A stretch of 63,924 nucleotides of DNA, filler included, from Phoronis australis (Eukaryota; Animalia; Phoronida), in the NCBI GenBank assembly GCA_002633005.1. It is 7 parts of 7 records of this genome, joined end to end, with 100 filler letters (N's around TTAATTAATTAA, not from the genome) between each part and the next. Parts side by side here need not be neighbours in the genome. Positions count along the whole stretch, not along the records: positions 9,615 to 17,491 come from NMRA01001144.1; positions 17,592 to 42,041 come from NMRA01001034.1; 5 more parts are not named here. The stretch is one strand, 5' to 3'. Each line of letters starts with the position of its first letter. Within the stretch, counting starts at the first letter, position 1. The notes beneath the pieces are model-generated. The model searched no databases. It was not told where the DNA came from and saw nothing but the letters and a program-made list of their open reading frames with translations. Position numbers and translations under genes: made by a program. Below, piece by piece: positions 11,525 through 25,551 of the stretch.

Positions 11525-14164
11525 AAACTTGTGAGTGAGAGGTTTTGCAAAGCGACGTGAGCGAGAATGATCAGGCATATATAATTCACGTCATACATGT
11601 ACATGCCATTGTTGGCTGTGACGTAATCCCGATAGTGTTCGCGTATTTTACACGAATTGAGGCAGATTTGCGTCGTTATAAAGGCGAAACCTGTGGGCCC
11701 TGGATAACTCTTATTTAGCAAGACATCAAAATGATTTTTATTTAGAATGTTTTCTCAATCTTTCTTCCCAGCTTAGTATAAAGTGAACACGACTTTTTGT
11801 CTACTATGAAAGCTCTCAGTTTTAGCCGGGATCGATGGATTTTTAACATATATGATTTTGTGTCGTCAAACTTTTTACTTGCGCAATTTACTTGCTTCTA
11901 TTTATTTTATACAGCAACTGATAAATTTCACTTTCTAGGAGTTAATCATTTTTCGCCCGAGTAACGACTTCTTTCACTAGTACATGCAGTCGATCCCAAC
12001 CGCAGATAGCAGCGCTATCTAGTGATAACTCGGAGAAACCATACATTGGCGCCTTTTTAAAAGTTTGTCGTCTGTCTTACATTCATCACCACTGTTCAGC
12101 TAGAGCAATATAGAATGGAAGCACCAACTTTGTTGGTCGTTTCCCGTTTCTTCCTCTCGTCAAAAGGTAATCTCGTAAGCTATTTTGTCAAAATGTGTTT
12201 CAAGCATCACTCATGACGGCGTTCTGCCTTTCATCAACTTTTCCAGGCGTGACTGAACATGCCATAACATCTGGCTCCAGTGCTCATCCAGCACCGTTTT
12301 GCTTATTGTTAACAGTAACGAATAAGGTTCGTCCTTATCTTCGGTTCCATTTGGGCGATTTTGGTGATTCAAAAACTAAACCTGATCAGCATTTTACAAG
12401 GAATTCAGAAATGCTATTTGCTAATGTTCAAATATCTTATAACTAAACTTTCATTTTTAGCAGCGCAGCCCAGTGAGTAGGCAGGTCACCGGAAGTCGCT
12501 AAAATCGCTCTGCCGCAGTGTAAATTTTACGTGTGTTTAAGAGGCATTATCCGAGAAAACCTGTAAAATTGCAAAATGTTGGCGGAGGCACTTTCATCAA
12601 TTAAGTTGATACTTTGCACACCAATTTTTAGTCACATATGAATAACTAAATCACGTCTGTTTTTTATCTGGAGTCATTCTATAAAAAATAATAAATATAC
12701 TGGGGAACCCAATGTTCGTCCGCCTAAGCATAAAACCGACTTGCTGTTGTACTCACCGAATTATTCCACTTCAAAGTTATGATCTGAATAGGATTCGATT
12801 TAACTCTCACAGATATACCGCATTCATCGATTCGGAAGTTTTCTTTAATTTGTGCCGAGTTATTTCAAATGTGCACTGCCTTCGGCAGCCATTTTATTGT
12901 GANNNNNNNNNNNNNNNNNNNNNNNNNNNNNNNNNNNNNNNNNNNNNNNNNNNNNNNNNNNNNNNNNNNNNNNNNNNNNNNNNNNNNNNNNNNNNNNNNN
13001 NNNNNNNNNNNNNNNNNNNNNNNNNNNNNNNNNNNNNNNNNNNNNNNNNNNNNNNNNNNNNNNNNNNNNNNNNNNNNNNNNNNNNNNNNNNNNNNNNNNN
13101 NNNNNNNNNNNNNNNNNNNNNNNNNNNNNNNNNNNNNNNNNNNNNNNNNNNNNNNNNNNNNNNNNNNNNNNNNNNNNNNNNNNNNNNNNNNNNNNNNNNN
13201 NNNNNNNNNNNNNNNNNNNNNNNNNNNNNNNNNNNNNNNNNNNNNNNNNNNNNNNNNNNNNNNNNNNNNNNNNNNNNNNNNNNNNNNNNNNNNNNNNNNN
13301 NNNNNNNNNNNNNNNNNNNNNNNNNNNNNNNNNNNNNNNNNNNNNNNNNNNNNNNNNNNNNNNNNNNNNNNNNNNNNNNNNNNNNNNNNNNNNNNNNNNN
13401 NNNNNNNNNNNNNNNNNNNNNNNNNNNNNNNNNNNNNNNNNNNNNNNNNNNNNNNNNNNNNNNNNNNNNNNNNNNNNNNNNNNNNNNNNNNTTTGGCTGA
13501 ATGGATGACCAGGCCATAAAATGATAATTAGCCAAGACCAGTTACTTATGCAACAAAGAATAATGTCATAACATCACCTAGGCTTGGTGGAAAGCTGTAT
13601 TACTGTATTGGCTCCAATAAACGCTTAGAAAAATTCATTTCACAGGGAGGGGATTCTTATTGTAGCCTACGGCAGTTGAAAGCCGGTTTCCCAAACGGGT
13701 AAAATCGGAAGCTAGGATTCATAAAATTTACGCTCTGTGACGTATTTTTAGCCTATGACAGTCTTTCTACAAAATTGTGGTGCATTGCTATGAACTTCCG
13801 TTGTTAAATTACGATAATTTTTCAAAAAATTGGGCTCATCACGGGGCGAAAACTTGCTGACTGATGCGTCGCTGAATTGCCATCATCAATAGGAAAACTT
13901 GAACTCTTGAATAAAAATATAGTTTCGACTCAACAAATTACCTGAAATCTTCCTTATGTTCTACAATTTTTAAAGTTGATGTGGAGTCCAGATTAATTGC
14001 GATTAAGTGCAAATATGCACTACCTCGTACCCCACAACACGAGAAAAATCTCTGGATGAACACACATGTTGTTGTCACGTGACGTTTGTTTTGAAGTTCG
14101 TCTGCGTATGAGAGTGAGTACGGAGCGTGCGTGTGTAGGTCATCTACGATAGACTTTTTTGTTA

Positions 14165-14675
14165 CAAAAGGCGGAGGATTGTGCAAGAAAATGGCGTTTA
14201 CTAGATTGTTTTTTCTTTCATTTAAACGGCTGCAACGTGCAAGGTGAGTGCTGGTTAACTCACAGATTTTGTGTGCACAGGCCGACGGTCGTTAGCTCTA
14301 CCGTGGAGTATTAATAGTCCAAGGCTCGCTGTACATGTTGGGGACGAAGTGAACTACTCGAGCTGTGTGAAATTTCTGAGTCTAACGGAGACACTGACGC
14401 AGTGGTCAGCCAGCTCGCTGTATCAAGACTATAGTCAAAATCCAAATTCGTTTTATCGTGTCCCTGTCAATAATAATGGTAATCTAAAGTTTCTTAATTT
14501 TCGTACTTCAGGAACATAACAATCACATGTTTTGTACACATATGCGCACGCCGCAGATCACATCTCGGAAATTGCCGATTTGACGGATGACAATGAATGA
14601 GCACAATGAAATTAAACAACGTCGTTTTACAGCTTCTAAGATTCATAATAAATGTATTTTGAATATTGCAATGCA
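14165..14675 (+). repeat. Interspersed repeat; inverted copies at 17261-17491 and 61826-62316
   Basis: Long near-identical reverse-complement matches. ORF-track peptides 14271..14519 and 61917..62216 are near-identical. Confidence 0.85.
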
Positions 14676-15919
14676 TGTGCTCCAAAATGTAAATAACTTG
14701 GGTCCTATATTTTTGTATTCGTGCGCGCCGATTGAAAGTAATCGTGTGTGTTGCTGTGTTGCAAAATCTCTTATCCTGGGATGATTGGAAAAATTCAAAG
14801 TTGTACTCATATTATTTTGTTTTCGCTCCTCTTTTCAAATATTGCAGTAAAAACTACTTGTAACTCTCTCCATAAAAAGTACAGTCTGCTAGGTAGATTG
14901 TAATCAGCTGATCATATCCGCATGAGCGAAGCCAATTATCCTCGCTCGTGACTCGATGAATAGAGCAGCTTGGCGGCATCCCTTTGATCGTGAGCCGAGC
15001 GCGACTCAGCCAAGGTGGATAAATACTAGTTCAATTTTCCATACCCCACCGTTTACCTTGACGACCGGGGTTAGGACCAATCTTATTTAGTGGGAATGTT
15101 CATAGCAAGAAATCTAGTTTTGAGAGTACAAGGGAAGGAAGACAATGGCGACCCTTGTGGGTAGTTGTTGTTCATTCTCTGCAAAATCCACAGTAAATTG
15201 TTCTGAAGTCGGGGGTGCAAAGAATCTGACAAGTGTTATGAGCTGTGACAGAGATGTTTCCAAATATATGCGGTAAATAAACATATCGGAGGACGTAACG
15301 GAGTGGAAACTTCTGTTGAACAGAGCGGATTTGACGAGGGCTCGGCTGATGAACTGACGAGTGACGGCGTGTCCCCTTCATAGGAACAAGCTTGGTGTAG
15401 AGTTCTTCCCATCTAAACTCTGTGCTTACCCATATCATGGAGGGTCAAGATGAAGAGGCGTCCTAAAGACCTAAGGCTCCGTGAGGTTGACGCACAAGGA
15501 ATTTAGCTATGTTGGAGGAGATAAGAACTGATCGAGAGAAATGTGATCCTGCTCATTGGATCAGGTATGCATTGTTTAATTCTGGATACATGGCACGATA
15601 TAGGGTAAAGTGAAAACGTGCATTTTAAGGTTTTTGACAGTGAAATCGACACATTTCGTTTCTCAACTAAAACCCGCAAAAACTTGCTGATTAAACTATG
15701 ATCACCGACTGGATCATCACTTTCCGGCACCGGGACAGCAGGCGCGAACTCATTCTCCCAGTTGGTCCTCCACCAACAGTAGGCCTAATGGATACGTGAC
15801 CGCAGGACAGCTGATCAGGCCTTTTAGTATGTGGACCGCTTCAGATGCCATTCTGGGAGACCGCATAAGTATATATGCCGGCGCTTAGTCGGAATCACGA
15901 CCGCCATTGTCTCTGAACT

Positions 15920-17255
15920 TGAAACCGACACAAATGGCCAATAACCGACACATTTCTCGGAACATAGAAAATTTCTCACACATACGCAAGGGACACTATG
16001 AGACTTGCAGCCCTGTTCCAACCTTGGCAGCGTGGACCCCTTAATTAAACTGCCGGACTTGACCGTGCCGGACCGCCTTCTGGGGAGTTTTCCAAGATAC
16101 CCAGGACACGACTAGGGAGGCTGTATCCGAGCCTGCCGATCGACCCCGCTTTATGCTTACCTTTCTTAGTCACGGCTCCTTGAGAAAGCGACACAAATGG
16201 TCAATAATCGACACATTTTCTTGGAAATTTCGCACATATATGCAGAGGAGAGACCTGCAGCCGCGCTCTGGCCTCGGCAGCGCAGACCGCCCGAAGGTTT
16301 CCGGACTTGACCTCATGGAACGCCGCGCCTGGAGACTTTTTATAGATAGCCGCGAGACGACAGGGCTTGGAATTTTCCGCGGAAATGCGGTTTCCGATTT
16401 TTCAAATGTGCTTTCCGCTTTTTTTATAATATTTCCGCGTAAAAAATCGGATTCGATATAAAATTTCCATAGCAAATTCCTTTCTTACCTCGGCATTGCA
16501 GACGACGTTCAGCTCAAAAAGCGTTAAGTTGCTCTTTATGTTTTGGAGGAACGTAAATTGTCAACATTGCCGGGGCATCTGGGACAGCATGGTGGGATTT
16601 TCAATGGCGTCTTGTGTTATTGTTAAGCGCGGCGACAAATACTACCGCTCTGCATCCAAATACGTGTGGGTTGGAAGTGGACGGACGAGCTAAAAGGACG
16701 CAGACGCATGCTACTGATGGTGGTAACGTGTTTTTTTTTCTTTAGTCCTCTCGATTTTTGTCGGGGAAAAGGTTGACATTGACCATTTCAAGGCTGGTTA
16801 TCGGGCATGATTTGGGCCGTAGGAGTTTCAAAGTTTCCGCGTTTTTTGTCATTGGTCATTCCAAGCTCTGAGACGAGTAGGGACTGTACACCGGCCAACC
16901 ACTCGGGACCCCCAGGCTACGTTTCCTTTATTATGTTACATTTTAAACACATCATTTTGAAAGCTATACAAATGGTCAATAATCGAAACATTTTCTCAGA
17001 ACTTAGGAAAAGGACGCACATAAACGCAGGGGCCAGACCTACAGCCGCGCTCCGGCCTCGGCAGCGCAGACCCCGCAAGCTGCCGAACTTGACCGCGTGG
17101 ACCACCATCTGGGGAGTTTTCACAGACACCCAGGACACAACTAGGGACTGTATCCCGGCCTGCGGATAGACCCTGCTGTTTGCTTACTTTTGTTATATTT
17201 CCAAGGCTCCTTTGAGAAAGCGACACAAATGGCCAATTATCGACACATTTCGTGG
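15920..17255. repeat. Degenerate about 260-bp internal repeats (two pairs)
   Basis: A cgacacaaatgg(c/t)caat..cgacacattt-like core occurs near 15927, 16189, 16965 and 17221. Confidence 0.7.
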
Positions 17256-17599
17256 GACTTATCCGTCAAATCGGCAATTTCCGAGATGTGATCTGCTTCG
17301 TGCGCGTATGTGTACAAAACACGTGATTGTTATGTTCCTGAAGTACGAAAATTAAGAAGGCTTTAACATGCCGTTATTATTGACAGGGACACGATAAAAC
17401 GAATTTGGATTTTGACTATAGTCTTGATACAGCGATCTGACTGACCACTGCGTCAGTGTCTCCGTTAGACCCAGAAATTTCACACAGCCCGNNNNNNNNN
17501 NNNNNNNNNNNNNNNNNNNNNNNNNNNNNNNNNNNTTAATTAATTAANNNNNNNNNNNNNNNNNNNNNNNNNNNNNNNNNNNNNNNNNNNNACCCATAG

Positions 17600-19000
17600 A
17601 GCACTGTGGCAGCAAAGAAAATTGGTTACCTTTTCATGCCCAAAATAGCTCTGGGATCCCGGTCTAAAAAATTCCAAATGCGTATTTCGTCAGTTAAACC
17701 AATAATAACCCTAGGAAACTTTTCGAAACTGAGCCTCGCCAAGCAGTTAAAACCACAAATTTGTTCTTATAAACTGATGCAAATACTTCTTAAATTGCTG
17801 GTATCCCAAAACATGCTAAGGTGCATTATGGGACATATTTTTATCAAAGTAAAGAGCCTAAATTGATTTTCCTTTTGAACCAGTTAAACAGGGCAAATTG
17901 CAACTTTTAACTATAGCTCTGTCAACATTTTTGAGATTTTTTTTCTTAAAGCACGGTTAAGTTCCGTTTTGTTTTGTAATTATTCATAAAACATCTCAAA
18001 AACAATTTCACTTCAGAAGTTTTACATATAAAATAGCATAAAAACGACAACCTAAAATACAGCACGGTGGAAGTGGAATACGATGTTCACTTATTAAAGG
18101 AATAAAATTTGTCTTCGCTTGCGTTTTCTGAGCGACATCCATGTTACATTGCACAGTATGGTACGTTTTAGTGATTTACCAAAAATGGTTATCGAGAACT
18201 TCTTTGTCTGTATTACCAATTAAAGCGATTTTCCATCCAGAAAAGTTTTCTGGCTGGCTCATTCGGATGAAAATAGTGGGATTCTTTCGGAAACATTTAT
18301 TGTTTACCCCAGCGCCCTCGTTGAGCAGTGGGCTTTAATGAAAAAGACTAGAATAAGACATATAAGAATATTCAAATCAGTGCTGTTGGCGTCCGAAGCT
18401 GTGATTCGTTGACATCTACTGCGGAAGTCAACACCAGCGGGTACACTCGTCAACCAATTAGAACGACGTCTTTCGTGAAAACGGTTTGTTTATATATAGA
18501 TTGTAACTTTCGTTGACTTGAAACACCAGTCGTGTTCATATTAGCCATAGAGTAGGTCGCCTCTTTTGACATTCAGTGAGTTTAAATTATTATAAGGGTC
18601 ATTTTAAGGACTATAAATGAATAGAATAATACATTTTTGCTAAATTTTCTATACCTTTGTATTGATTGTGAAATATAAAAAGATCCCGAAACAGGCCCGC
18701 GTGTGGGTATTTCCGGTCTTTGTTTCTTCCTTGTTGGTGAGGCTCTTACAAAAATTCCGGTACGTCGCCGGGATAGCTTTCCGTGGACTAAATTTCTGAC
18801 GAGAAAAATGAGATCACGAAGTACCACGCAAAATCACGCAAGTGATGTTGCTTCGCAGTAAATGTGCAACGCTGCTCTAATGCTACAGAATGTACACATA
18901 TTTTCGTATTCTGTTGTTTAAGTTTTTGTATGACCCTAGAAAAAAAATGTCCATATTTGGCTAATTTCGGAACATCATATCTCAAGAACGGCTAAATGGC
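17600..19000. repeat. Interspersed repeat family; diverged second copy at about 29270-31730, split by a LINE fragment
   Basis: Shared blocks include ttccaaatgcgt..aaacc.ataat, cacggtgga.gtggaata, aaaagactagaataagaca and gcagtaaatgtgcaac. Confidence 0.75.
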
Positions 19001-19249
19001 TCTATGCGAAACTTTCAGACATTTTCCTGATGCATTGTTTGCTGTTGGGGGATATAACGGGAAACGGCGGTGCGACGAGTACTGATCTACTTAATATCTG
19101 AACTGTCGAATGTTTGTAGCCGATAAACCATTTGCAGCATTTTGTACTTTTTCACTCGTTCGTATCGCATACGAGAGAAACATGGTGACAACTGATAGAG
19201 AGACTGAGTTAAGCGCTAAATAAAAAATGCAAATCTACAAAATTACATC

Positions 19250-20217
19250 TACATTAGCTTCCGTCGTTATCTGTTTTGCTTCACCATATTTGCGGGCTTG
19301 TGCTAGGATTTCTCCCACATCTGTCTTAAAGGCAAGAAGAACATCCCGCTTCTGGTGATGAGCTTCTAATTCTGGGATGTGGAACAGCAACCATTCTTTC
19401 AGTAGGGTAGCATGAGTGTCTGGTGATTCGATACCTAGTTGCTCCAGCCTCTTCCAGTACAGACAACACTAGTCTACAAATCGGAAAACCGGTAGATCTG
19501 AAGCATCACTTGCAGTTTTCACCTCAGTAATGTGTGTCACGAGTTCCGAAATGGCCATCGGATATGCATTCTTTGTTTGGAGAGTCTCTTCTTCTTTCTT
19601 CGGCTTTTGAGCATTCAGAATTGCCCTCTCTCTGTTGTACAGAGCTAGCAAGCATGCTGGGTGATATTGTACTTCCTGTGCGATGACATCTCCGGCACTC
19701 AGTTTTGCTAGGAGCTTACCATCATTGAGAGTCTTGGCACATTCATTAATATTGTGGTTCAATGTCAAGGTCATACATGTAGCTTGTCTCAGGGTTTCCC
19801 CTTCCTCCTCAAACAAGAAGCATTCGGTCGTCTTGGGGTCTATGATTCACCTTAAGTTGGTACTTTGCTGTAGTTGCTACTGTCACTAATGTCTGATACA
19901 AGGGCTGATGATCTTTTTTCAGCTCGCTGCAGGTTCGTATTGCAGAAGAGCCGCCTGCAGCTGGAATGGTACTGGGCATTGTTCTTTCTCAAAGTGTTCT
20001 CTATCCCGCTGCCATCGTCAAGTCTTGCGGGATCCAGATGTATTGGCAATTCATTGAGAGAATGAAATTGAGGATTATTCGTCCCCAACTGGCTGTATCC
20101 GTAATCTTGCCGTTTCGAAGGATTTGAAAGTGGAGACGTGAGATCTTCCTTCATCTCCGTTTGACAAAGACAACATTTGTCAAAGTTGGTGCGCCAAAAT
20201 GTTTCACTTGAAGCCAT
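19250..20217 (-). mobile_element. Disrupted N-terminus of a large invertebrate DNA-transposon ORF; likely terminus at about 20930-21290
   Basis: CCLCQ...LDPARLDDGSGIENTL..NNAQYHSSC and LLAKLSAGDVIAQEVQYHPACLLALYNR are typical of a widespread invertebrate transposase-like family. Frameshifted; superfamily uncertain. Confidence 0.6.
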
Positions 20218-22659
20218 TGTTATTTTTATGATACGCAGGGTCGGGGATTTATCCTTTTACCACCCTGTGTCCCGGGCACTTTACTGTATGGGATACGACC
20301 AGGTTCATGCATTTTGCCCTACTCCTAGCCCGACCGTTCATCCAACGCCATTTAAGTCCCTACCGATCTGTACACCCTCCGGATAACTATGAACCCCATT
20401 ATCCTTGGCTCGGATTTTCCGCACTGGCACATCCTGTCAGTTCAAGTGCAACTGTGCTTCGATTAAGCAGCATTTGGGACACTAAACAGGTACATCTAAT
20501 AAAAATTCCTCTTCAGCTGACATTGAGCCCCATGCTGAGTTTCACAGCAGTAATTGTCACCAGTGTGCCCTGGCAGTGCCAGACAATTACTCACCAGACA
20601 TTGTATACAAGTCTTGGCCCGTCATCTTCATGTTCAGTATATTTAGAGGTAGACATGCTTTAATTCACACACACACAGAGCTTTTGTGTGTTACTCTCAA
20701 CTAGTTTTGTCCGCGAGCCAACGCGGTGTCCCGGGGTGTGGCCGTTGCTGCACACCAGCAACTTCTTGGAGCCATAAGTGAGAGTTGGCGTAGTGGTGAG
20801 GACCAGTTTCAGAAGTCCATCCTGGGGATGTGGCTGACTACTGAAACAAATGTACTACCTCTACCACTATACCAGTACACCCTGTGCATAATATATCTTC
20901 AGCTGTTGCATGACCAAAGCACTCTACCAGACAAAAATCATATAAATTGACCGAATTAAAGTGTATAATTGCATATATCCTGACAATATATGTAATTCAG
21001 AGTGTTCACAGTATCCAAAATGAATTAAGCATACCCAAAACTATAATATTTGACACCAAGATCGCTAAAATTGGTTTGGTAGAAACTGATTTACAAGGAA
21101 AATCATTATCGCGAACACTGGATGGCGACCATCTTGAAAAATGGCTGCCATTTTGGATTTTCATGTGGTTAGTCTGACAGATCTCTTAAGTATGCTATTA
21201 TGAGTCATCATGGAAAATTTGGTGCTTGTATCATCATTTGCGCGATTCTGGTGCATATTTGCACTTATCTGCCCAGCTACATGGGCTATAGCTAGGTGAA
21301 CACCCAATGAGCTCGCGAGCAAGACAGCGCGTGCTACATGTACGCGGTCCGCCACATCGGTAAAGGGAAGAAATGTAAACAAAAGCACGCTCCCGTTATG
21401 GCTGCTGGCAAATATCCAGAATATTTGAAATTTCAAATGCTGGAAAGCTTGTAAAATATTTGCTAACAAAAGGCAATGTAAACCTGTGACAGGTTCACTG
21501 CTTAGACGAGAACATATAAGTCAGTGCACAAACAAAATTCCCAATGCTTTGACTGGAATTTTCGGTTGCTACGTTCTGGGAGGTCAAACAATTTCATCTA
21601 ATGTAGACAATTTTCGCAAATAAAACGCATACATGAGAGTCGAGGTAAGAGTTATTTTAGTGATACGCTCTATTTTATAACTCTTGTACTTGTCCCAGCA
21701 CCAAATTTATTTTATCGTGGAGAACTAAAATTGAAACGATTGTTCCATATACCCTGTTGATAAAACCTCAGTAATTGAGAAGCATGTACATTGGGGGATC
21801 CTGAATTTTAAAGTGTCCGCAATAGTACATGATATGCCAATCAATGCACCCATTCGATACGAACATGGTGTGCAGAATCGCAGAATTTTCAGTGAATAAG
21901 AAACACAGGGTTCATTCCGTATAGACAATCAGAAGAAGGATAACAAAATTATTCAACAACAGAAACAACACAATGAGATGCACTATCTCAAACAATTGTG
22001 TTTCGATTATTTCAAAATATCCCCACCATACAGTAAAACACACACACGTGGGACATGTCTAGCTGGAAAAGAGTACTGCCCTGGTCGGATTGCAACCAAC
22101 TCGAATTAAATCCCTCGATTCAGCTGGATCTGACTTTAATGGGACACATTTCTGTTACACAGGTGTATGTCTTTTAACTGACAACACCTTGCCACAATAA
22201 AAATAGGACAAAAGTCAATGGGCATAATCTCTTTAGCGTCCTACATGCTGCAAACTGAACCCACACATTACTACAGTGTAAGTACCAGAAGACCACCGTC
22301 TTACACCAACAGGACTGACTAGAAAAAAATACGTTGCAAATTGGAATAGCTTGCCGGGCTACACAGTATCTGTCACAAATCTACAACAGCAAGCTACCTG
22401 CCTTCCAAAAGTAACTTTGTGAGGTGTACTATTCTTGGGGCACTCCTTCTTAATTCCTGCCCTATTCCCAATGACCTGGCTATATCAATCAATCTTCAAA
22501 GTGATGTCCAATACCCAAAACTAGTTTTTTTTTAAATCTTATATTCAATTTGTCTTTGTTTCTTCGTCGCTATACACTGCAAGTAAATATCGTGGAAAGA
22601 ATATGTTAAAAAACTCTTAGAATGCAGATCAAATTAGAAGGCCTGAATGTTCCTATTAG

Positions 22660-22905
22660 ATGAGCACATCCAACCTAAAAATGGGGGGCTCGAAATTGTG
22701 AGAATGCGGACATTTTACTAAATTTTACCGGATACGTTCAGAGCTATGAAATGTGCATTCGCAGAATTTTGATTTTTCCTTCCTTCTTGTGGACCGTAGT
22801 CTCGTCTCCTACTTTTTCGGAGATTTTGTTTCTCTGAGACGGACCTTTTGTCTACTTCGCCAAATGGGAGCTCCTTCGAGCTTCCCGAGTCCCCCATGCG
22901 CAAAT
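22660..22905 (-). mobile_element. Degenerate MITE copy (2323-2562 family)
   Basis: Reverse complement aaaaggtccgtctcagagaaacaaaa matches about 2370-2396. Confidence 0.55.
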
Positions 22906-23897
22906 GTATTAAACGACCTCAAAGAATAACACGTCGCTGTGTAACCAAGGCATTGGTAAATGATGCATTGTTTTTTTTTTTTTTAATATTGAGATATTTN
23001 NNNNNNNNNNNNNNNNNNNNNNNNNNNNNNNNNNNNNNNNNNNNNNNNNNNNNNNNNNNNNNNNNNNNNNNNNNNNNNNNNNNNNNNNNNNNNNNNNNNN
23101 NNNNNNNNNNNNNNNNNNNNNNNNNNNNNNNNNNNNNCAAACAAAATATAAAGTAGACAGATAAATCAAGAGCATGCATAAAGAAACACCAAGTATGAGA
23201 CAGTAAACAGCAAACAACCAGAAGCTTGAAAATTACAGAGTCTTGTTCGGACAACCGAGTGCACGGCGGTCCATTGGAGGAGACAAATGCTTTAAATAAT
23301 TTGTTTTTGTCTGACAATGATTCCTACAGTGCCCTGCAACAATGTACTTTCTAAATGAATTGTTCGAAAGCAACTGCATACGACACCACCACATCAAATA
23401 CTTTCACATGATAAATTCCGTGAAACCCATGGGAAGAAGAGATTCACAAGGCGGGGCCTCGGTTAAAGTTCAATAACATACATAAGCACAACCCTGACAA
23501 AATCACAAAAATGGAAGAATTAAATCACTTAACAGTGGGAGGCAACACTTCTCATAGAGCGTGTGCTGGTTCTAAATGCAGTCTTTATACCTCCCCTGTA
23601 AGGAGAGTAGGCTTCATCACAATGACGTCATCACAATCTCATCATTTCTCTTCAAAAGAGTCTCCAAAAGCCTTTCTGTTCAATAACTTTATGCAGACAA
23701 CAGCAGTGGTCATTTTATCACATTCAACTTATGTCTGCAGCCAAATTTCTCTCAAAGAGTCTTGGCTTGCAATGTCACAAAGTAGCAGTCCACTATCTGC
23801 GTAGATCTTCGAATTATCACCAATAATTCCCCAAAATATAGATGCACCATCAACTCAGCTCATTGGTTTTCAATACGCTCTATCCTCTTGCACGGTG

Positions 23898-24050
23898 TTA
23901 TCTTGTGTCGGCGAGCTTTGTGTGGTCAATAACTAACTGAGTGTGATTGGTACTTCCGGAGAAACAGTCGAGCAGAAAGTTTGTCAACGTCTGATAAAGA
24001 TGTTTATTCGCCTTTGTGCCCGATATGGCATGACTCTGGTCGATGTAGAT
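23898..24050 (-). CDS. DPP4-family (S9B) peptidase, terminal exon with catalytic His
   Basis: tttccctcag|IYIDQSHAISGTKANKHLYQTLTNFLLDCF...TAA, compared with DPP4 WYTDEDHGI...HIYTHMSHFIKQCF. Confidence 0.85.
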   Translation of the reverse strand: MYIDQSHAISGTKANKHLYQTLTNFLLDCFSGSTNHTQLVIDHTKLADTR

Positions 24051-24371
24051 CTGAGGGAAAAACAATGTGTGTTAGTACAACTGTGAGACAGTGGCGACAT
24101 CTATTAACATTAACTAGGGCCACATGTCTACAAATAAAATAATGTCTTTTGCTCAGACGTTTTACATTCTTACAGACAAGGGCAGTCATGCACGTTTTCA
24201 AATACAAGCTTTTGTCCATTGTTAATTCATTTAAATAGAATACATATCAACATCTCCGATAGGTGAAACTTTACTATCCTGCAATCCTTAACCTTTGAAC
24301 CTTGGTTCTACTTCAGGGTTTTACATCGACACATCTGCCTAGTTATAGCTGATGCATAACATACAGCACGC

Positions 24372-24940
24372 CTTTATATACATGCATGTACTGACAGCAT
24401 GGCTTTATATACACGCATGTACCGACAGCATGGCTTTATATACACGCATGTACTGACAGCATGGCTTTATATACATGTATGTACTGACAGCATGGCTTTA
24501 TATACATGCATGTACTGACAGCATGGCTTTATATACACGCATGTACTGACAGCATGGCTTTATATACACGCATGTACTGACAGCATGGCTTTATATACAC
24601 GCATGTACTGACAGCATGGCTTTATATACACGCATGTACTGACAGCATGGCTTTATATACACGCATGTACTGACAGCATGGCTTTATATACACGCATGTA
24701 CTGACAGCATGGCTTTATATACACGCATGTACTGACAGCATGGCTTTATATACACGCATGTACTGACAGCATGGCTTTATATACACGCATGTACTGACAG
24801 CATAGCTTTATATACACGCATGTACTGACAGCATGGCTTTATATACACGCATGTACTGACAGCATGGCTTTATATACACGCATGTACTGACAGCATGGCT
24901 TTATATACACGCATGTACTGACAGCATGGCTTCATATATG
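24372..24940. repeat. 31-bp minisatellite, about 18 copies, in the DPP4-like last intron
   Basis: Unit gtactgacagcatggctttatatacacgcat. Confidence 0.95.
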
Positions 24941-25289
24941 CATATGTATCACAGACATGACAACAGAACATAGTCATTATGAAGATATGTATGTGAAATA
25001 ATTGGTGCAAAATAGAGGCTTCTCTTTTAGGTAAGGCTTAAATTCTTGAACTCTTGAACACCTGTTCATACTTTTAAGTGATTTGCCTGCAACAGAACGG
25101 ACAGACAACAAGAAATTGCTAAATAAGGGTGCTTCATCAGAGTTGGAGACTCATTGCTTAACCACTGAGGATTGCTTTCAAAAGCATGTCCACACTAAGC
25201 AACTTGTCAGAAACGCAACTGCACTCAACTAAGCTTTGAAGAGAAATCGCTAAGTGTGGACGGGCCTTTACAAGTTACACTATTGTTAC

Positions 25290-25363
25290 CTGAGTTCTGA
25301 AGTCAACACCTTCCTCCACCAGAGTGCGCATCAGTTCTGCAGAGTTTCTGAAGTGAACATTAT
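25290..25363 (-). CDS. DPP4-family peptidase, penultimate exon
   Basis: ctttccag|(D)NVHFRNSAELMRTLVEEGVDFRTQ|gtaac, compared with DPP4 [25 protein letters not shown]. Phase 0 join to the terminal exon. Confidence 0.85.
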
Positions 25364-25409
25364 CTGGAAAGAAGACAATGTTTGGTCATTGTTAAACACA
25401 TTCTTAGCT

Positions 25410-25551
25410 ACACACATTAAATGCACACATTAGAATACACAGCACAGACCCACTAAATGTAGACATTATGATACACCCCACAGACCCACTAAATGTAGAC
25501 ATTATGATACACCGCACAGACCCACTAAATGTACACATTATGATACACCAC
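25410..25551. repeat. 36-bp minisatellite, about 3.5 copies
   Basis: cacagacccactaaatgt at 25443, 25479 and 25515. Confidence 0.85.

Noticed and set aside
24372-24940. CRISPR-like appearance of short repeats (also 55461-55847 and 63232-63570)
   Set aside because: Head-to-tail units without unique spacers, no cas genes and a eukaryotic context: these are minisatellites.
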